NCBI GenBank assembly: GCA_951406725.2
Contig: OX597814.1
Span: 18,228,001 to 18,292,000 of the forward strand
DNA from: Octopus vulgaris
Taxonomy: Eukaryota
DNA length: 64,000 nucleotides
Direction of reading: 5' to 3'
In this document: positions 14,566 to 27,686 of the stretch, piece after piece
Layout of the letters: each line of letters starts with the position of its first letter
Position numbering within the stretch: the first letter of the stretch is position 1
Notes under the pieces: model-generated
Database searches by the model: none
Told to the model about the DNA's origin: nothing
What the model saw: the letters and a program-made list of their open reading frames with translations, nothing else
Position numbers and translations under genes: made by a program

Positions 14566-14783
14566 GATGTTAGAGGTGATGTTTGTGAGTGATGTTAGAG
14601 GTGATGTTTAGAGGTGATTTTTGTGAGTGATGTTAGAGGTGATGTTTAGAGGTGATGTTTGCGAGTGATGTTAGAGGTGATGTTTAGAGGTGATGTTTGT
14701 GAGTGATGTTAGAGGTGATGTTTAGAGGTGATGTTTGTGAGTGATGTTAGAGGTGATGTTTAGAGGTGATGTTTGTGAGTGAT
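14566..14783. repeat. 38-bp minisatellite, ~5.5 copies
   Basis: Unit gatgttagaggt-gatgtttagaggt-gatgtttgtgagt (12+13+13 bp subunits). Confidence 0.92.
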
Positions 14784-14949
14784 CGTGAGGTTCTTATTTG
14801 CATGACGATCATATTTGTTTCTTACTTGCTGGGTCGCGAGTAAAGTATAGTGCACATGGCCTTTGCAGGCCCTCGTTGATATTGATTTCATTAATGAATA
14901 TATTGAATTTTGTAAATCAATGCCTGCAGTAAAAATATATGATCTGGGA

Positions 14950-15145
14950 AAGAGTTTCAGAAGACGTATGTTCTGGGAAGGAAGGACTAGGCGTTGTGCT
15001 TCATACTAGGACGAGAAATCTGGATACAGCAAGGGTGGTGGGAGGCAGAGAGAGTAATCTGACAGGAGAGTTTGTGGTGAGATGGCAAGAGCCGAACGAA
15101 TTCTAAGAAAGGGTTGTTATAGTTACGGTAGTAAAATGAGAGAGA
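14950..15145 (-). mobile_element. Degenerate C-terminus of a non-LTR retrotransposon ORF2
   Basis: Minus strand gives SLSFYYRNYN...LSASHHPCCIQISRPSMKHNA*SFLPRT, resembling the LFYRYY...HP...SFxPRT..WN end of APE-type LINEs; clade uncertain. Confidence 0.45.
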
Positions 15146-15229
15146 GGGGTGAGAGTGAGGGGGAGAGGAAGAGAATAGGGAAAGAAAGAAACTGAAAGGA
15201 AGGAAGAAAAACTGAAAGGAAGGAAGGAA

Positions 15230-15275
<46 letters not shown>

Positions 15276-15331
15276 GAAAAGAGAAAGAAAGCAAGCAAGA
15301 AAGAGAAAGAGTGAGAGAGAAAGAGAGAGAG

Positions 15332-15362
<31 letters not shown>

Positions 15363-15493
15363 GAAAAAAGACAGAAAGCAAGCAAGAAAGAGAAAGAGTG
15401 AGAGAGAGAAAGAAAGAAAGAGAAAGAAAGAAAGAGAAAAAGAAAGAAAGCGAGAAAGACAAAGAAAGAAAGAGTGAGAGAGAGAGAGAAAGA

Positions 15494-15586
15494 AAGACAC
15501 TTGCTGTAGGTGCCACGCAGTGGGACTGAACCCGGAACCATGTGGCCGGGAAGCAAGCTTCTTACCACACACCCTCTCCTACGCCT
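15494..15586 (-). mobile_element. SINE family B head fragment
   Basis: Reverse complement of aggcgtaggagagggtgtgtggtaagaagcttgcttcccggccacatggttccgggttcagtcccactgcgtggcacc. Confidence 0.85.
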
Positions 15587-15946
15587 AATATAGTGCATTA
15601 TTTCTATATTAAAATTTTTTAATGAAGTATGTATGTATGTATGTATGTCTGCATGCATCTATGTATGCATGTGAGTATGTTTGTATGCAAGCACATATGT
15701 ACATCATGGGTATGGCTTTAAACTGCATCCGGTAGTGAGGCCCTCGTGCGGGAGTTCCAGAATTTTGAGGATGATGGAACCACCTGTTCTCCAGCGTTGT
15801 TCCCAGGTCCACTCTGACCCCGAATACTAGCACATGTTATGGTCCTATCGACGGGTTAGATAGTGTGTGAACCACTGGGAGCGAAGGAGCTCCAGTTCCC
15901 GTTAAAGCTTCCTTCTAGAAGAAGGTAAACTCATATACAAATGGGA

Positions 15947-16329
15947 TGGAAGCACTCCGTCGGTTACGACGACGAGGGTTCCGGTTGATCCGAATCAACG
16001 GAACAGCCTGCTCGTGAAATTAACGTGTAAGTGGCTGAGCACTCCACAGACACGTGTACCCTTAACATAGTTCTCGGGGATATTCAGCGTGACACAGAGA
16101 GTGACAAGGCCGGCCCTTTGAAATACAGGTACAACAGAAACAGGAAGTAAGAGTGAGAGAAAGTTGTGGTGAAAGAGTACAGCAGGGATCACCACCATCC
16201 CTGCCGGAGCCTCGTGGAGCTTTAGGTGTTTTCGCTCAATAAACACTCACAACGCCCGGTCTGGGAATCGAAACCGCGATCCTACGACCGCGAGTCCGCT
16301 GCCCTAACCACTGGGCCATTGCGTCACCA
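15947..16329 (-). mobile_element. SINE family A, full length
   Basis: Reverse complement of the family A sequence. Confidence 0.93.
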
Positions 16330-16779
16330 CAAATATCTGGAGTACAGTTGGTTTCTGGTCGTCTCAGTTGCTGCTGCGTCAATGGTTTCTATAGATATTT
16401 GTGCTAAAAAGTGGTTTCAGTGCTATATTACACTTCATCCACTCAGAAAACTCCTGCAGGTGTACTAGTTAGACTCTTCGGAAGTTTGTACCGACTTACT
16501 GACTTTAGGAAATGACTTCACTTGGTCCGAAGTTCACTCCCACCCTAGATGTATGTATGTATGTATGTATGTATGTATGTATGTATGTATGTATGTATGT
16601 ATGTATGTACGTATTATTATGTATGTATGTTGTAATGATGTATGCTTGCCAATATGTATGAATGTATGTATGCATGTATGTCTTTAACCTAGATTCGAGG
16701 CTCCTTCATTCGAATTTCACTTTCAAAAACAGGGCATTTTTGTATGTATGTACGTATGTATGCGTGTGTGTGTCTGTGC

Positions 16780-16830
<51 letters not shown>

Positions 16831-17371
16831 TGTCTGAGTGTGTGTAGTGAAGAAAACGAATGGGTTAAGCATACAGATTCAGTTTATGTCTGATTGATTA
16901 TTCTAAACATTATTTGTAAGTTAAGTGAATGTAAGGTGAAGCGTTATTCTGACATCAAATGCATCTTCTGTTTATTTCATTTTGGATGGTATTTTGTTTC
17001 GAGTTTTTCTCCTCCTGGGTTTGTATGTGTGTGTGAGTGTGCATATGCAGGTGTTTGTTAGCGTTTGCGAGTGTATTTCTTTTTGCCCTTTATATATCTC
17101 TAACACATCAATTTCGTTATATTTCCGAAATTCCGCCGCTCGCTTACCGCCTTCCTGCCAAACTATTCCTTTCATGCCTTCACTTTCCATTCTAATATAT
17201 ATTTTTTCTGTACTATAAATACAACGTTATTGTTCAAATATAAATATCTGCAATTCCACACTGAAACACCTTAAAAAGTACACCGTATCCGGGAACGAAA
17301 ACACTGCTACTTATGTACTTCAACCACCACTACCATCATTATCACCACTACCACTACTAATGCTAATAGTA

Positions 17372-17913
17372 TTGGGTTGTCCGGAAAGTTCGTGTCGACT
17401 TTTAAAGAAAAGAAAAAGGTCAATAAATACTTGCCATTACATTTTTAATCAACCAAATATGAACCATTTTATTGAACAATGCGTCGCCATCTTTCCTTTA
17501 ACTTGAAAATACCCTCTTCTCAGAATTGAGGTGGTTTCATGACAAAGAATTCATCAAGGTATCTTTTTACGTCATCCAAGGAATTGAAATTTTTACCATT
17601 AAGACTATTCTGCAGAGACCTGAATAAGTGGAATCCGAATGAGCAATATCTGGTGAATATGGAGCCGAGCTGCAGCAATTTTTGTCTGGTTCCCAAAGCA
17701 TCAAGTGCCGAAAATGAACTTTCTTATCTTCCATTTAAAAGGGTTACAGAATTAACACAGGTTATAGGAACATAAACCTTCTTCCACAAAACGATAGCTT
17801 AAACTGTGCTCTAAATGGAGGTGTAGTCAAATCCTATTTTATGGACACAACTATGTTCTAAAATAAGTCAAAATGTAAGCTATAAATCGGCACAAACTTT
17901 CCGGACAACCCAA
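17372..17913 (-). mobile_element. Internally deleted mariner DNA transposon
   Basis: TIRs ttgggttgtccggaaagttcgtgtcga / tcggcacaaactttccggacaacccaa, flanked by TA on both sides. Minus strand retains PYSPDIA..SDFHLFRSLQNSLNGKNF...GIFKLKERW (YSPDL-type motif) with a frameshift and stops. Confidence 0.93.
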
Positions 17914-17967
17914 TAGTAACAGTGCGACTCTCACTACTGATACAGCCAACACTATTGGTACCAAATA

Positions 17968-18160
17968 TTGGTTTCAAATTTTGGCACAAGGCCAGTAGTT
18001 ATTGAGGAGAGGGCTAGTCAATTACATCAACACCAGAGATCAGCTGGTATGGCACTTCTTTCATAGACATCGAAGCACAAAGTAGAAAGTCAAACTCTGA
18101 CGAAATCCCGCTAAGCAATTTTCCCGGCGCGCTAACGATTCTTTCCATCTCGCCGCCTTA
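17968..18160 (-). mobile_element. Degenerate SINE family C (short-tail variant)
   Basis: Minus strand aaggcggcgagatggaaagaatcgttagcgcgccggg...ggccttgtgccaaaatttgaaac. Confidence 0.7.
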
Positions 18161-18337
18161 TTCATACCAAACAAACTAATAATCAATTCTTCTCTAGGCA
18201 CAAGACCCGAAATTTTTGGTGAGGGTTCAGTCGATTAGATCGACTCCAGTACGGGCATATGGCGTAGTGGTTAAGAGAACGGGCTACCAACCCTAAGATT
18301 TGAGTTCGATTTCAGGCAGTCACCTGAATACTAATAC

Positions 18338-18396
<59 letters not shown>

Positions 18397-18405
18397 GTAA
18401 TAATC

Positions 18406-18465
<60 letters not shown>

Positions 18466-18468
<3 letters not shown>

Positions 18469-19019
18469 GCCCTGATGCAGTACCAGGCAGTGGCTCTCAT
18501 GTTCTGATCTTAACTGATTGGAAGTGTTATCATGTACATTGTTTTGTCTTGGTATAAAGATGGGCTACAGCAAATATTCTGCTCAATACCACAGATTTGC
18601 TTGTCAGTTGTTTGACCTTAACCAGTTGAGCATGTCCCTTAGTGGCTGACGATATGTGCATCTCTGATCACGAGCAGAAGTAGTGGGGGAGCATCATAGC
18701 CATGTGTTGAGAGGGATTCTTTGGGGTTTGAATAGTTCACCTCTGGAAACATGGGTGGTTCTTTCAACATCCTTAAACAACCCTTATTCAGGGACCGTTT
18801 GAGCGGGATGGGCTACTCAACCTGAAGAAAATTCTAACTGGGCCTAACCTGCAAGGTCATGTGCTGTTTATCTTGATATGAGATCACCATGTCGCGCACA
18901 TATGGTTGTGATGCATGTGCCTGGTGTACCCTTATCAGACGGATAGTCATGATGGGTATATTGCGCTTCGTATATTTTACGCCAGTGTCACTTTGATGGC
19001 ATGAACTGCTCTCTCACTC
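18466..19019 (+). mobile_element. Family E element, copy 3
   Basis: aatgccctgatgcagtaccagg...ctctctcactc inside (AAT)n; near-identical to 9423-9980. Confidence 0.85.
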
Positions 19020-19140
<121 letters not shown>

Positions 19141-19204
19141 TAATAATAATAATAAAATCGAAAACTACCTTAGGAGCGAGAACCCAAGTTCAAAATTTCC
19201 CCAA

Positions 19205-19250
19205 GACACCTGATGAAGGCTGGAGGGTATAGCAACCGAAACGTTATGTT
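19205..19250 (+). ncRNA. Minimal hammerhead ribozyme motif, slightly decayed
   Basis: gacac-CTGATGA-a-GGCTG-gagggtatag-CAACC-GAAA-CG-TT-atgtt. Stem II and helix I each carry one mismatch; AACGTT palindrome. Confidence 0.7.
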
Positions 19251-19613
19251 AACAACAAACAAGATGAGGACAAATATCCGTCAATTGTAAATAATGTAAA
19301 TAATGTCCAGTGCGCAACTTGTACTTAATTAATTGACTCCGCAAGGATGAAAAAGCAAAGTCCACCTCGGCGGAATTTGAACTCAGAACATAAAGACAGA
19401 CGAAATACCGCTAAGCATTCCGCCCCTGCGTGCTGGCGTTTCTGACCGCGTTGGCGATTATTTTTCCTCTGTCTTCCCTTCTCTGGATCTTTCCTTTTCC
19501 TATGTTTCTGACCTTAAACCCTCCTTCTTCCCTTCCTTCCTGAATGTCCAATAATACTATATTTGTTCCACGTCCTCGCGTTGTGTTTTCTCTTTGTGTT
19601 TTCATATTTGGAT

Positions 19614-19656
<43 letters not shown>

Positions 19657-19733
19657 TGTTAGATAGATAGATAGATCGATAGATATGGATGTATATCACA
19701 TACACGCATACACACACACATATATGTCCCTAT

Positions 19734-19773
<40 letters not shown>

Positions 19774-19801
19774 GCATAATTATACATACATAACATAAAT
19801 A

Positions 19802-20010
19802 AGGCGGTATCCTTACAGAATCGTTAACACACCGGAGAAAATGTTTAGCGATTGTTCATCTGAATTTACGTTCCGCGTTAAAATTCCGCCGAGGTGGACT
19901 TCAACTTTTATTCTTTCTGAGGCGATGAAATGCGTACCAGCTGTCTACTGGAATAAATGTATTCGAATAATCCCTTCCCTGAACTTGCCAAAATTTGAAA
20001 TTATTATTGT
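19802..20010 (+). mobile_element. Degenerate SINE family C
   Basis: aggcggtatccttacagaatcgttaacacaccgg...aaattccgccgaggtggacttc...cttgccaaaatttgaaa. Confidence 0.65.
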
Positions 20011-20104
20011 ACCGATATGTATTAGAACTCAACAATCAGATATACCCATGTATTCCGCAAATGAAAAATGATTTTTCCATATACAAATACCATTTCTATC
20101 ACAG

Positions 20105-20240
20105 AGAAAACAAAAGACAAAAACAGGTGTATAAACAACAAGCAGGTGTAATAGTTTGATGCTCGGGAAGGTGAGAATGTTTCGAGCCAACGCTCTTCAA
20201 CAGGAAGGAACACGAGGAAATAAACAGGGAGAGAATAAGA
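20105..20240 (-). mobile_element. Penelope pLTR-like fragment with variant hammerhead core
   Basis: Minus strand tccttc-CTGTTGA-a-GAGC-gttg-GCTC-GAAAC; homologous to 36080-36287. Confidence 0.55.
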
Positions 20241-20299
20241 ACTTTCAGATTTAGCGGTCAATCATGGCGAATGATATGTGTGTGGTTGTGCATGTGTGT

Positions 20300-20512
20300 G
20301 TGTTTGTGTTTCTGTCTCCCATAATCGCTTGACAACCGGTGTGTGTGTGTTCATGTCCCCGTAACATAGCAGTTCATCAAAACAGTTCGATAGAAAAAGT
20401 ACCAAGATTTGAAATTTTAAAAAAATACAACACTGGAGTCGATTCATTCGAGTAAAATGCCTTCAAGGTGTTGTCCCATCATGGCGGCAGTCTAATGGCT
20501 GAAGCAAGTAAA
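20300..20512 (+). mobile_element. SINE family B, degenerate 3' half
   Basis: tcgcttgacaaccggtgtg...atggcggcagtctaatggctgaagcaagtaaaa. Confidence 0.7.
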
Positions 20513-20930
20513 AAAAAAAAAAAATTAAATAAGAAAGACAGCCAGTTAGACAAAGACAAAGAGAGCAAGAATCACACAGATGTGCCTTTCACACATACAT
20601 ACAGTCAAAAACAGTAAAAATAAAAAAAAAAAGGTTGTTTCTGTGTGAGTGTAGTAGATTCTATCTTTCACGCTTGAAAGGAAACTAATATCTCCAGACG
20701 TTATAAGAAAATGAAAGTAAAAAAACATTATTATAGTCATGCAATTGAACTAGGAGAAACGCCTTAAGTCATTCGTGTAGACAAATATAAAGATATTGAA
20801 CTATGAAATACAAAAACGAAGCACACTCTCATAGTGAGATTTTCACATATGAACCTTAAAAATTGAAGACATGGATATGTACATACGCACACATACAAAC
20901 ATATGTATATACGTGTATGAGTGTGTATAC

Positions 20931-20986
<56 letters not shown>

Positions 20987-20989
20987 ATG

Positions 20990-21078
<89 letters not shown>

Positions 21079-21166
21079 GATGGAATATACGATAAGTATA
21101 TATATGGTAATGAAAGGCAGAAGATGGATTATACGACACATTAGCATCATAATATATATATCTAGC

Positions 21167-21216
<50 letters not shown>

Positions 21217-21821
21217 AACATATGCATAAATATATATATGTATATATATATATGCATGTATATACACACACGCACATATATATTGACCTATATTTTTCCG
21301 TTTATATATATATATACACTTGTGTGTGTGTATGTAAATATAAATATATATATGTATGTTAAGAGAAAGTTTGGAAGGAAAAAGAGGGAGGAATTATCTG
21401 TGTGCGTAAGCATATATATTCATATGCATCCACACACATACATTTGTATGTATGCTTATTGTTCTATTTCATGCAAAACAAATCCCTCGTTTGTACGTGC
21501 CTGCACACTTTTACCATTCCATAGACATCATTATCATTCTATGATAATTATATTTATGATAATTATATTCAAAGATATATGATATATGAAAAAGATAACG
21601 ATTAGAAATTGCAAAGTTATGAAAAAAATTCCTCTATCACACTTTAGTAATTCATCCCTTCTCTTACTCTGTATTTGACTGTCAGTTTATTGACCATGGA
21701 GGAATATAAGACAATGCTATTTTCCGCTTTATTCGATCTCATAACTCAGATGGCGAAAGTGAATTAAAGCTGGGTATTTCGTATTACTCTGCTACAATTC
21801 TGCACATACTAGGATTGAAAT

Positions 21822-22010
21822 AAGGCGGTCATTGATATCAAGCAGAATAGTTGCCGTATAGAATAAATGCTTAGCGGCATTTTGTCCGACTTTACCATCA
21901 GAGTTCAAATGCCGCCAGACTCGACTTTAGATTTCACCTTCTGTGGTGGATAAAATAAATACCCCTGTACCAAACACCTAGAAATTGCTGGCATTGTGTC
22001 AAAAATGTGA
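21822..22010 (+). mobile_element. Degenerate SINE family C
   Basis: aaggcggtc...gagttcaaatgccgccagactcgactttagatttcaccttc...ggcattgtgtcaaaaatgtgaa. Confidence 0.6.
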
Positions 22011-22191
22011 ATCTAATAGATTTAATTTATTGTTATTTTATTACATAAACATTCAAGGCAGTTATTTTGCAGAGTTATTAGATCACCGGTTAGGCTGCTT
22101 TTCCTACCCATTCCAGCTAAATGCGTTCTGGGTTAAAAACTCAGATGATCATATTACCCTCTTATGCATTCTAATATCGATTCTCCTCTAG

Positions 22192-22338
22192 GTTCGATAT
22201 TTCTTTTTCTGTCAGTACTTGTCTCTCAATTTCTGGAAGAAACCGGCAATGCGAAGACCAGGAGAAAGACGAGGACTTCGAGGTCTGAAAATTCCTCAAG
22301 ACATTCCATGTACCATGACATGGCTCGTATACGCATAA
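22192..22338 (+). CDS. Possible terminal coding exon of an unidentified host gene
   Basis: Branch-point-like ttctaat, then ttctcctctAG acceptor. Non-repetitive, relatively GC-balanced sequence open in phase 0 (VRYFFFCQYLSLNFWKKPAMRRPGERRGLRGLKIPQDIPCTMTWLVYA*) and phase 1. No homology recognised. Confidence 0.25.
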   Translation, partial: VRYFFFCQYLSLNFWKKPAMRRPGERRGLRGLKIPQDIPCTMTWLVYA

Positions 22339-22734
22339 GATGATATTATCCAATCTATATCATGGCTAGCATATTCAGTAAGCAGTAAGAGAGGATTTTG
22401 CACTTGAAATTGTAACGTTTCTGGTGTAAAATGTGGTAGTAGTTATTGTTGCTCTTATGAATTCATTCAAACTGAGTTTATTTAAGAAACGACGCTTTAG
22501 TTCAATAATTCAGTTTTGCTTTTTGTTACCTGTTTTAGTCACTCGACTTGAACAATTATATTTTCTAAACACTTAAATGTCAATATCAACAACGTAAATC
22601 TGTGTTTCATTCCGAAAAGGTCATGTACAATAAATACCAGTAATATACAGTAATCTGTCGCCATATCGCGGTTTATTATTTGAGCTTACATCGATTCATG
22701 TGTGGTGTTGTTTTGCATTTATAATAAAATATTG

Positions 22735-23035
22735 TTGTTTGTTCCTTCTCGAGCCACGCCTGACTCATAGGGCCGATTTCCCAGTTTCTTTGTCGTATAG
22801 GTTCCCCACCTGAACGGGACGCCGGTTCGTCCGCAGGTGAGCTGCAAGAGGAAAGACTGAGAGAAAGTTGTGGCGCCATTACCATTACCATTAAGTTCGC
22901 CATTACCTTCTGCCGGAGCCGCGTGGAGCTTAGGTGTTTCACTCATAAACACACACATCGCCCGGTCTGAGATACGAACCAGCGATTCCTCGACCGCGAG
23001 TCCGCTGCTCTAACCACTAGGCCATGTGCCTCCAC
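22735..23035 (-). mobile_element. SINE with family A head and family D-type tail
   Basis: Head ggaggcacatggcctagtggttagagcagcggactcgcgg...aacacctaagctccacgcggctccggcag; tail ctgcggacgaaccggcgtcccgttcaggtggggaacctatacg...gaaactggg...ggccctatgag. Confidence 0.82.
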
Positions 23036-23749
23036 TATATTAAAATTAGGTATATACAAATTATAAAAATTATTTTAAAAAAATACAGTACACTGTGTCT
23101 ACATCGCGAATTTTCACCTATTGCAGGGGTTTTTGGAACGTAACACCGCGATAGAGTACTACAAAGGATTTAATTGAAATTATCCCGTTCGCTACAGAGA
23201 ATGGCTTGCTTACTTGTCGAAAGGAAAGGATATTTGCAGAGTTTGAGAAGGGAAGTAGGGTACAAGACGCAGAAATATAAATAGTGTGCGTACGAGAGTA
23301 CGTGTATACTCGTTCGTGCATGTATACTTAAAGACTTTGTGTGTGCGTTTGTGCGTGTGTGTGTGTGTGTATGTGTGTGTGTGTGTGTGTGCACGTGTGT
23401 AGGCGCACACATGTGTGTGCATGTTCGTTTCACCGAGAGAGAGAGAGAAATAGGGAGAGATACGACGTCTGGATATTACGAAAGGTAAAGGAGAATTAGA
23501 ACATTCTGGGAGGAAGGATTTAGGGGACACGGGAATGAAAATTGATACAGATGACGCTTGTGAGATCCAAAGGAAAACGTGGTTGAAGAAGAAAAATAAT
23601 GATTGGAGTTTAAGAGAAAGAAAAAGGTAAAAATATGTATATGCAGATAGTTAGATAGAAAGATAGATACATACATAGAGAGAGAGAGGGGGGGAGGGAA
23701 AGAGGAGGAGAGACAGACAGATAGCCTGAGACAGAGAGAGACAGATATG

Positions 23750-24242
<493 letters not shown>

Positions 24243-24627
24243 GTAAATAGATAATGAAAGAAGAGAACTGAGTTCACAAGTAACACATTTTTCATCACAT
24301 GTGTCAATCCTGCTCATAAAATTTTTCATCGCATTGTGTGTCATTTGAGACGAAATGAAGAATTATGAGCACGTTGCGAACAGCGAACAGCCGGAAAGGT
24401 TTGTTGCTCTACCCAGATGAAACAAGATCTTTTTTTTGCGTAGGGGGGAGTTTTTGCGTAGGGGGGAGTTTCTGCTCTGCAATAGCTTTAAGCTATCGGG
24501 TTACAGCTAACAATTAGAGGTGTATAACTTCACAACTGTGCCGTGTTCGAGTAACTAACACGGTAAACAGAGAGAGATGTTGTAACATTCAACGGCAGTC
24601 GTAGATGATATCATCACTTTTGTAAGC

Positions 24628-25870
24628 GGTGTCGGTGGTGTCGACGGTGTTGTTGTTGGTGTTGGTGGTGCTGGTGGTAGTGTTGGTTATGGTGATGGTG
24701 GTAGGAGTGATGGAGGTGGAGGTGATGGGAGTGGTGGTGATGAGGGTAGTGGTGATGGTGGTGGTGGTTTGGTGGTGGTGATGGTGGTGGTGGTGTTGGT
24801 GGAGCTAGCTGCGCTGGAGGTGATGGTGGTGCGGGTGATGGGGGTGGAGGTGATGGGGGTGGAGGTGATGGGAGTGGTGGTGATGAGGGTAGTAGTGATG
24901 GTGGTGGTGGTGTAGTGAGGGTAGTAGTGATGGTGGTGGTGTTGGTGGTGGTTTGGTGGTGCTAGCTGTGCTGGAGGTGCTGACGGTGCTATTGGTGTTG
25001 CTGGTGTTAGTGTTGGTTATGGTGATGGTGGGAGAGTGATGGAGGTGGAGGTGATGGGAGTGGTGGTGATGAGGGTAGTGGTGATGGTGGTGGTGGTTTG
25101 GTGGTGGTGGTGGTGGTGGTGGTGGTGGTGGTGGTGTTGGTGGAGCTAGATGCGCTGGAGGTGATGGTGGTGCGGGTGATGGGGGTGGAGGTGATGGGAG
25201 TGGTGGTGATGAGGGTAGTAGTGATGGTGGTGGTGTTGGTGGTGGTTTGGTGGTGCTAGCTGTGCTGGAGGTGCTGACGGTGCTATTGGTGTTGCTGGTG
25301 GTAGTGTTGGTGATGGTGATGGTGGTGGGGGTGATGGGGGTGGAGGTGATGGGAGTGATGGGGATGAGGGTAGTAGTGATGGTGGTGGTGTTGGTGGTGG
25401 TTTGGTGGTGCTAGCTGTGCTGGAGGTGATGACGGTGCTATTGGTGTTGCTGGTGATAGTGTTGGTGATGGTGATGGTGGTGGGGGTGATGGGGGTGATG
25501 GGGGTGGAGGTGATGGGAGTGGTGGTGATGAGGGTAGTGGTGATGGTGGTGGTAGTGGTTTGGTGGTAGTGGTGGTGGTGGTGGTGGTAGTTTTGATAGA
25601 GCTAGCTGTATGGGAGGTGCTGACGGTTCTAGTGGTGTTGGTAGTGTTGGTGTTGTTGTTGTTGGTGGTGGTGGTTGTTGTGGTGGCGGTGATAGTGGTG
25701 TGGTGTGGTGGCGGTGATGCTGGTGTGGTGGTGGTTTGGTGGAGCTAGCTGTGCTGGAGGTGCTGACGGTGCTAGTGGTGTTGGTGGTGTTAGCATTGTT
25801 GGTGACGCCCGTGTTTGTCGTGTTCGTGGTGGTGATGGTGATGGTGGTGGTGGTGGTAGTGGTTGTTGTT
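24628..25870. repeat. Degenerate (GGT)n array with higher-order units of about 110-190 bp
   Basis: ggt/gat/gtt triplets with a gctag(c/a)tg...gga motif recurring about seven times. Confidence 0.88.
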
Positions 25871-26234
25871 CAACTGTCAAAGACGTCTTGTTCAAATGAT
25901 GACTTTTGTCATGGGCAAGAGACACAAATTATTGCGGAGGGGATATTTGATTAAATCGCTCCCGCCATAAGACAGGAATTTATTTCTATGGACCCTCTTT
26001 TCTACGTATAAACTAAATTTGTTCGGGAGAGGAATATATTCAAAATAGCCATTTACTCTACCATCGCACAAATATTCAACAAACAGCCTTAACATGAAAA
26101 GAATGATAAAATAAAATTCCTAACCAAACTGGTGATGCTGATAATACCTCCGCCACCGCCTTCACTGCCGCCATCACCACCACCACCACCAATACTACCA
26201 CTGTCACTCCCTCACCATCTTTACTACTACTAAA

Positions 26235-26279
<45 letters not shown>

Positions 26280-26313
26280 GCTACTGCTACTACTACTACT
26301 ACTACTAATACTA

Positions 26314-26366
<53 letters not shown>

Positions 26367-26407
26367 GTTGCTACTATTGATTATAATAATAGTAATAATG
26401 ATTATCG

Positions 26408-26443
<36 letters not shown>

Positions 26444-26876
26444 CTTCTTTTATTTACTTCTGGGGCATAGATGAAGGGGACATCACAACGACGTCACAAC
26501 GACGGTCTACAATTTGCGTGAGGATAGATGAGGAAAGATGGGGAAAAAAGGAGAGGAAAAAAAACGATGAACTGAGATAGTATTTCGGTGCTCCTTGGCA
26601 GCACTGTCATGTTAAGAATTTCTGGATTTTTAATCCATTCCCAAAAGTTTCGTCTCTCCAAAAATTTCTGAAACAGATCAGCTTGTTTCATCATCATTCC
26701 TCGAGAACATCATCGCTAGATTTCTATGTAGGTTGCTAACGTAGAACTTACACCGACCGCATTGCTCGATTGGTAGTGAGCGGTGTGTATCATACTTCCG
26801 TCTGTATCTAGGTGTTGTCAAGCGCCTATTCTTGGACTTTACTTGGACTTTACGGAAGTGCGTGTCTTACAAACTT

Positions 26877-27257
26877 GGAGGCGCAATGGCCCAGTGGTTA
26901 GGGCAGCGGACTCGCGGTCATAGGATCGCGGTTTCGATTCCCAGACCGGGCGTTGTGAGTGTTTATTGAGCGAAAACACCTAAAGCTCCACGAGGCTCCG
27001 GCAGGGATGGTGGTGATCCCTGCTGTACTCTTTCACCACAACTTTCTCTCACTCTTACTTCCTGTTTCTGTTGTACCTGTATTTCAAAGGGCCGGCCTTG
27101 TCACTCTCTTTGTCACGCTGAATATCCCCGAGAACTACGTTAAGGGTACACGTGTCTGTGGAGTGCTCAGCCACTTACACGTTAATTTCACGAGCAGGCT
27201 GTTCCGTTGATCGGATCAACCGGAACCCTCGTCGTGGTAACCGACGGAGTGGTTCCA
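26877..27257 (+). mobile_element. SINE family A, full length
   Basis: Near-identical to the other family A copies. Confidence 0.93.
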
Positions 27258-27457
27258 GACCACACCAGTCCTCTATCCAAGGAATTCTCAAAATGATACA
27301 GCCACATGTCTGCGCGTCAGTAGCCATAGTGTGTTAAGCCTGCTAGAAGGTGTTGACAAAAGATGAACAGCCTCAACTCGTGCTTTCCATCGGAGGCGGA
27401 AAAGTAAATGGTTCAGTTTGCACAAATGTGGATTGGAGCAAGGCACAACAATCAATC

Positions 27458-27686
27458 TGCGAGCTGGCAGAAACGTTAGCACGCCGGGCGAAATGCATAG
27501 CGGTATTTCGTCTGTCGTTACGTTACCAGTTCAAATTCCGCCGAGGTCGACTTTGCCTTTCATCCTTTCGGGGTCGATAAATTAAGTACCAGTTACGCAC
27601 TGGGGTCGATATAATCGACTTAATCTCTTTGTCTGTCCTTGTTTGTCCTCTCTGTGTTTAGCCCCTTGTGGGTAGTAAAGAAATAA
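27458..27686 (+). mobile_element. SINE family C monomer with 11-bp TSD
   Basis: TSD aacaatcaatc at 27447-27457 and 27687-27697. Confidence 0.92.

Noticed and set aside
14566-14783. CRISPR-like array
   Set aside because: Contiguous tandem units with no unique spacers; eukaryotic context; no cas genes.
15700-15945. Possible RTE-type 5'UTR fragment
   Set aside because: Resemblance is from memory only; no second copy or coding motif in the window to support it.
24431-24471. Direct repeat ttttgcgtaggggggagttt x2 as a regulatory site
   Set aside because: Simple 19-bp tandem duplication with no other support.
25629-25954. Pro/His-rich or Gly-rich ORFs in the GGT array
   Set aside because: Low complexity, phase breaks, no convincing splice signals.
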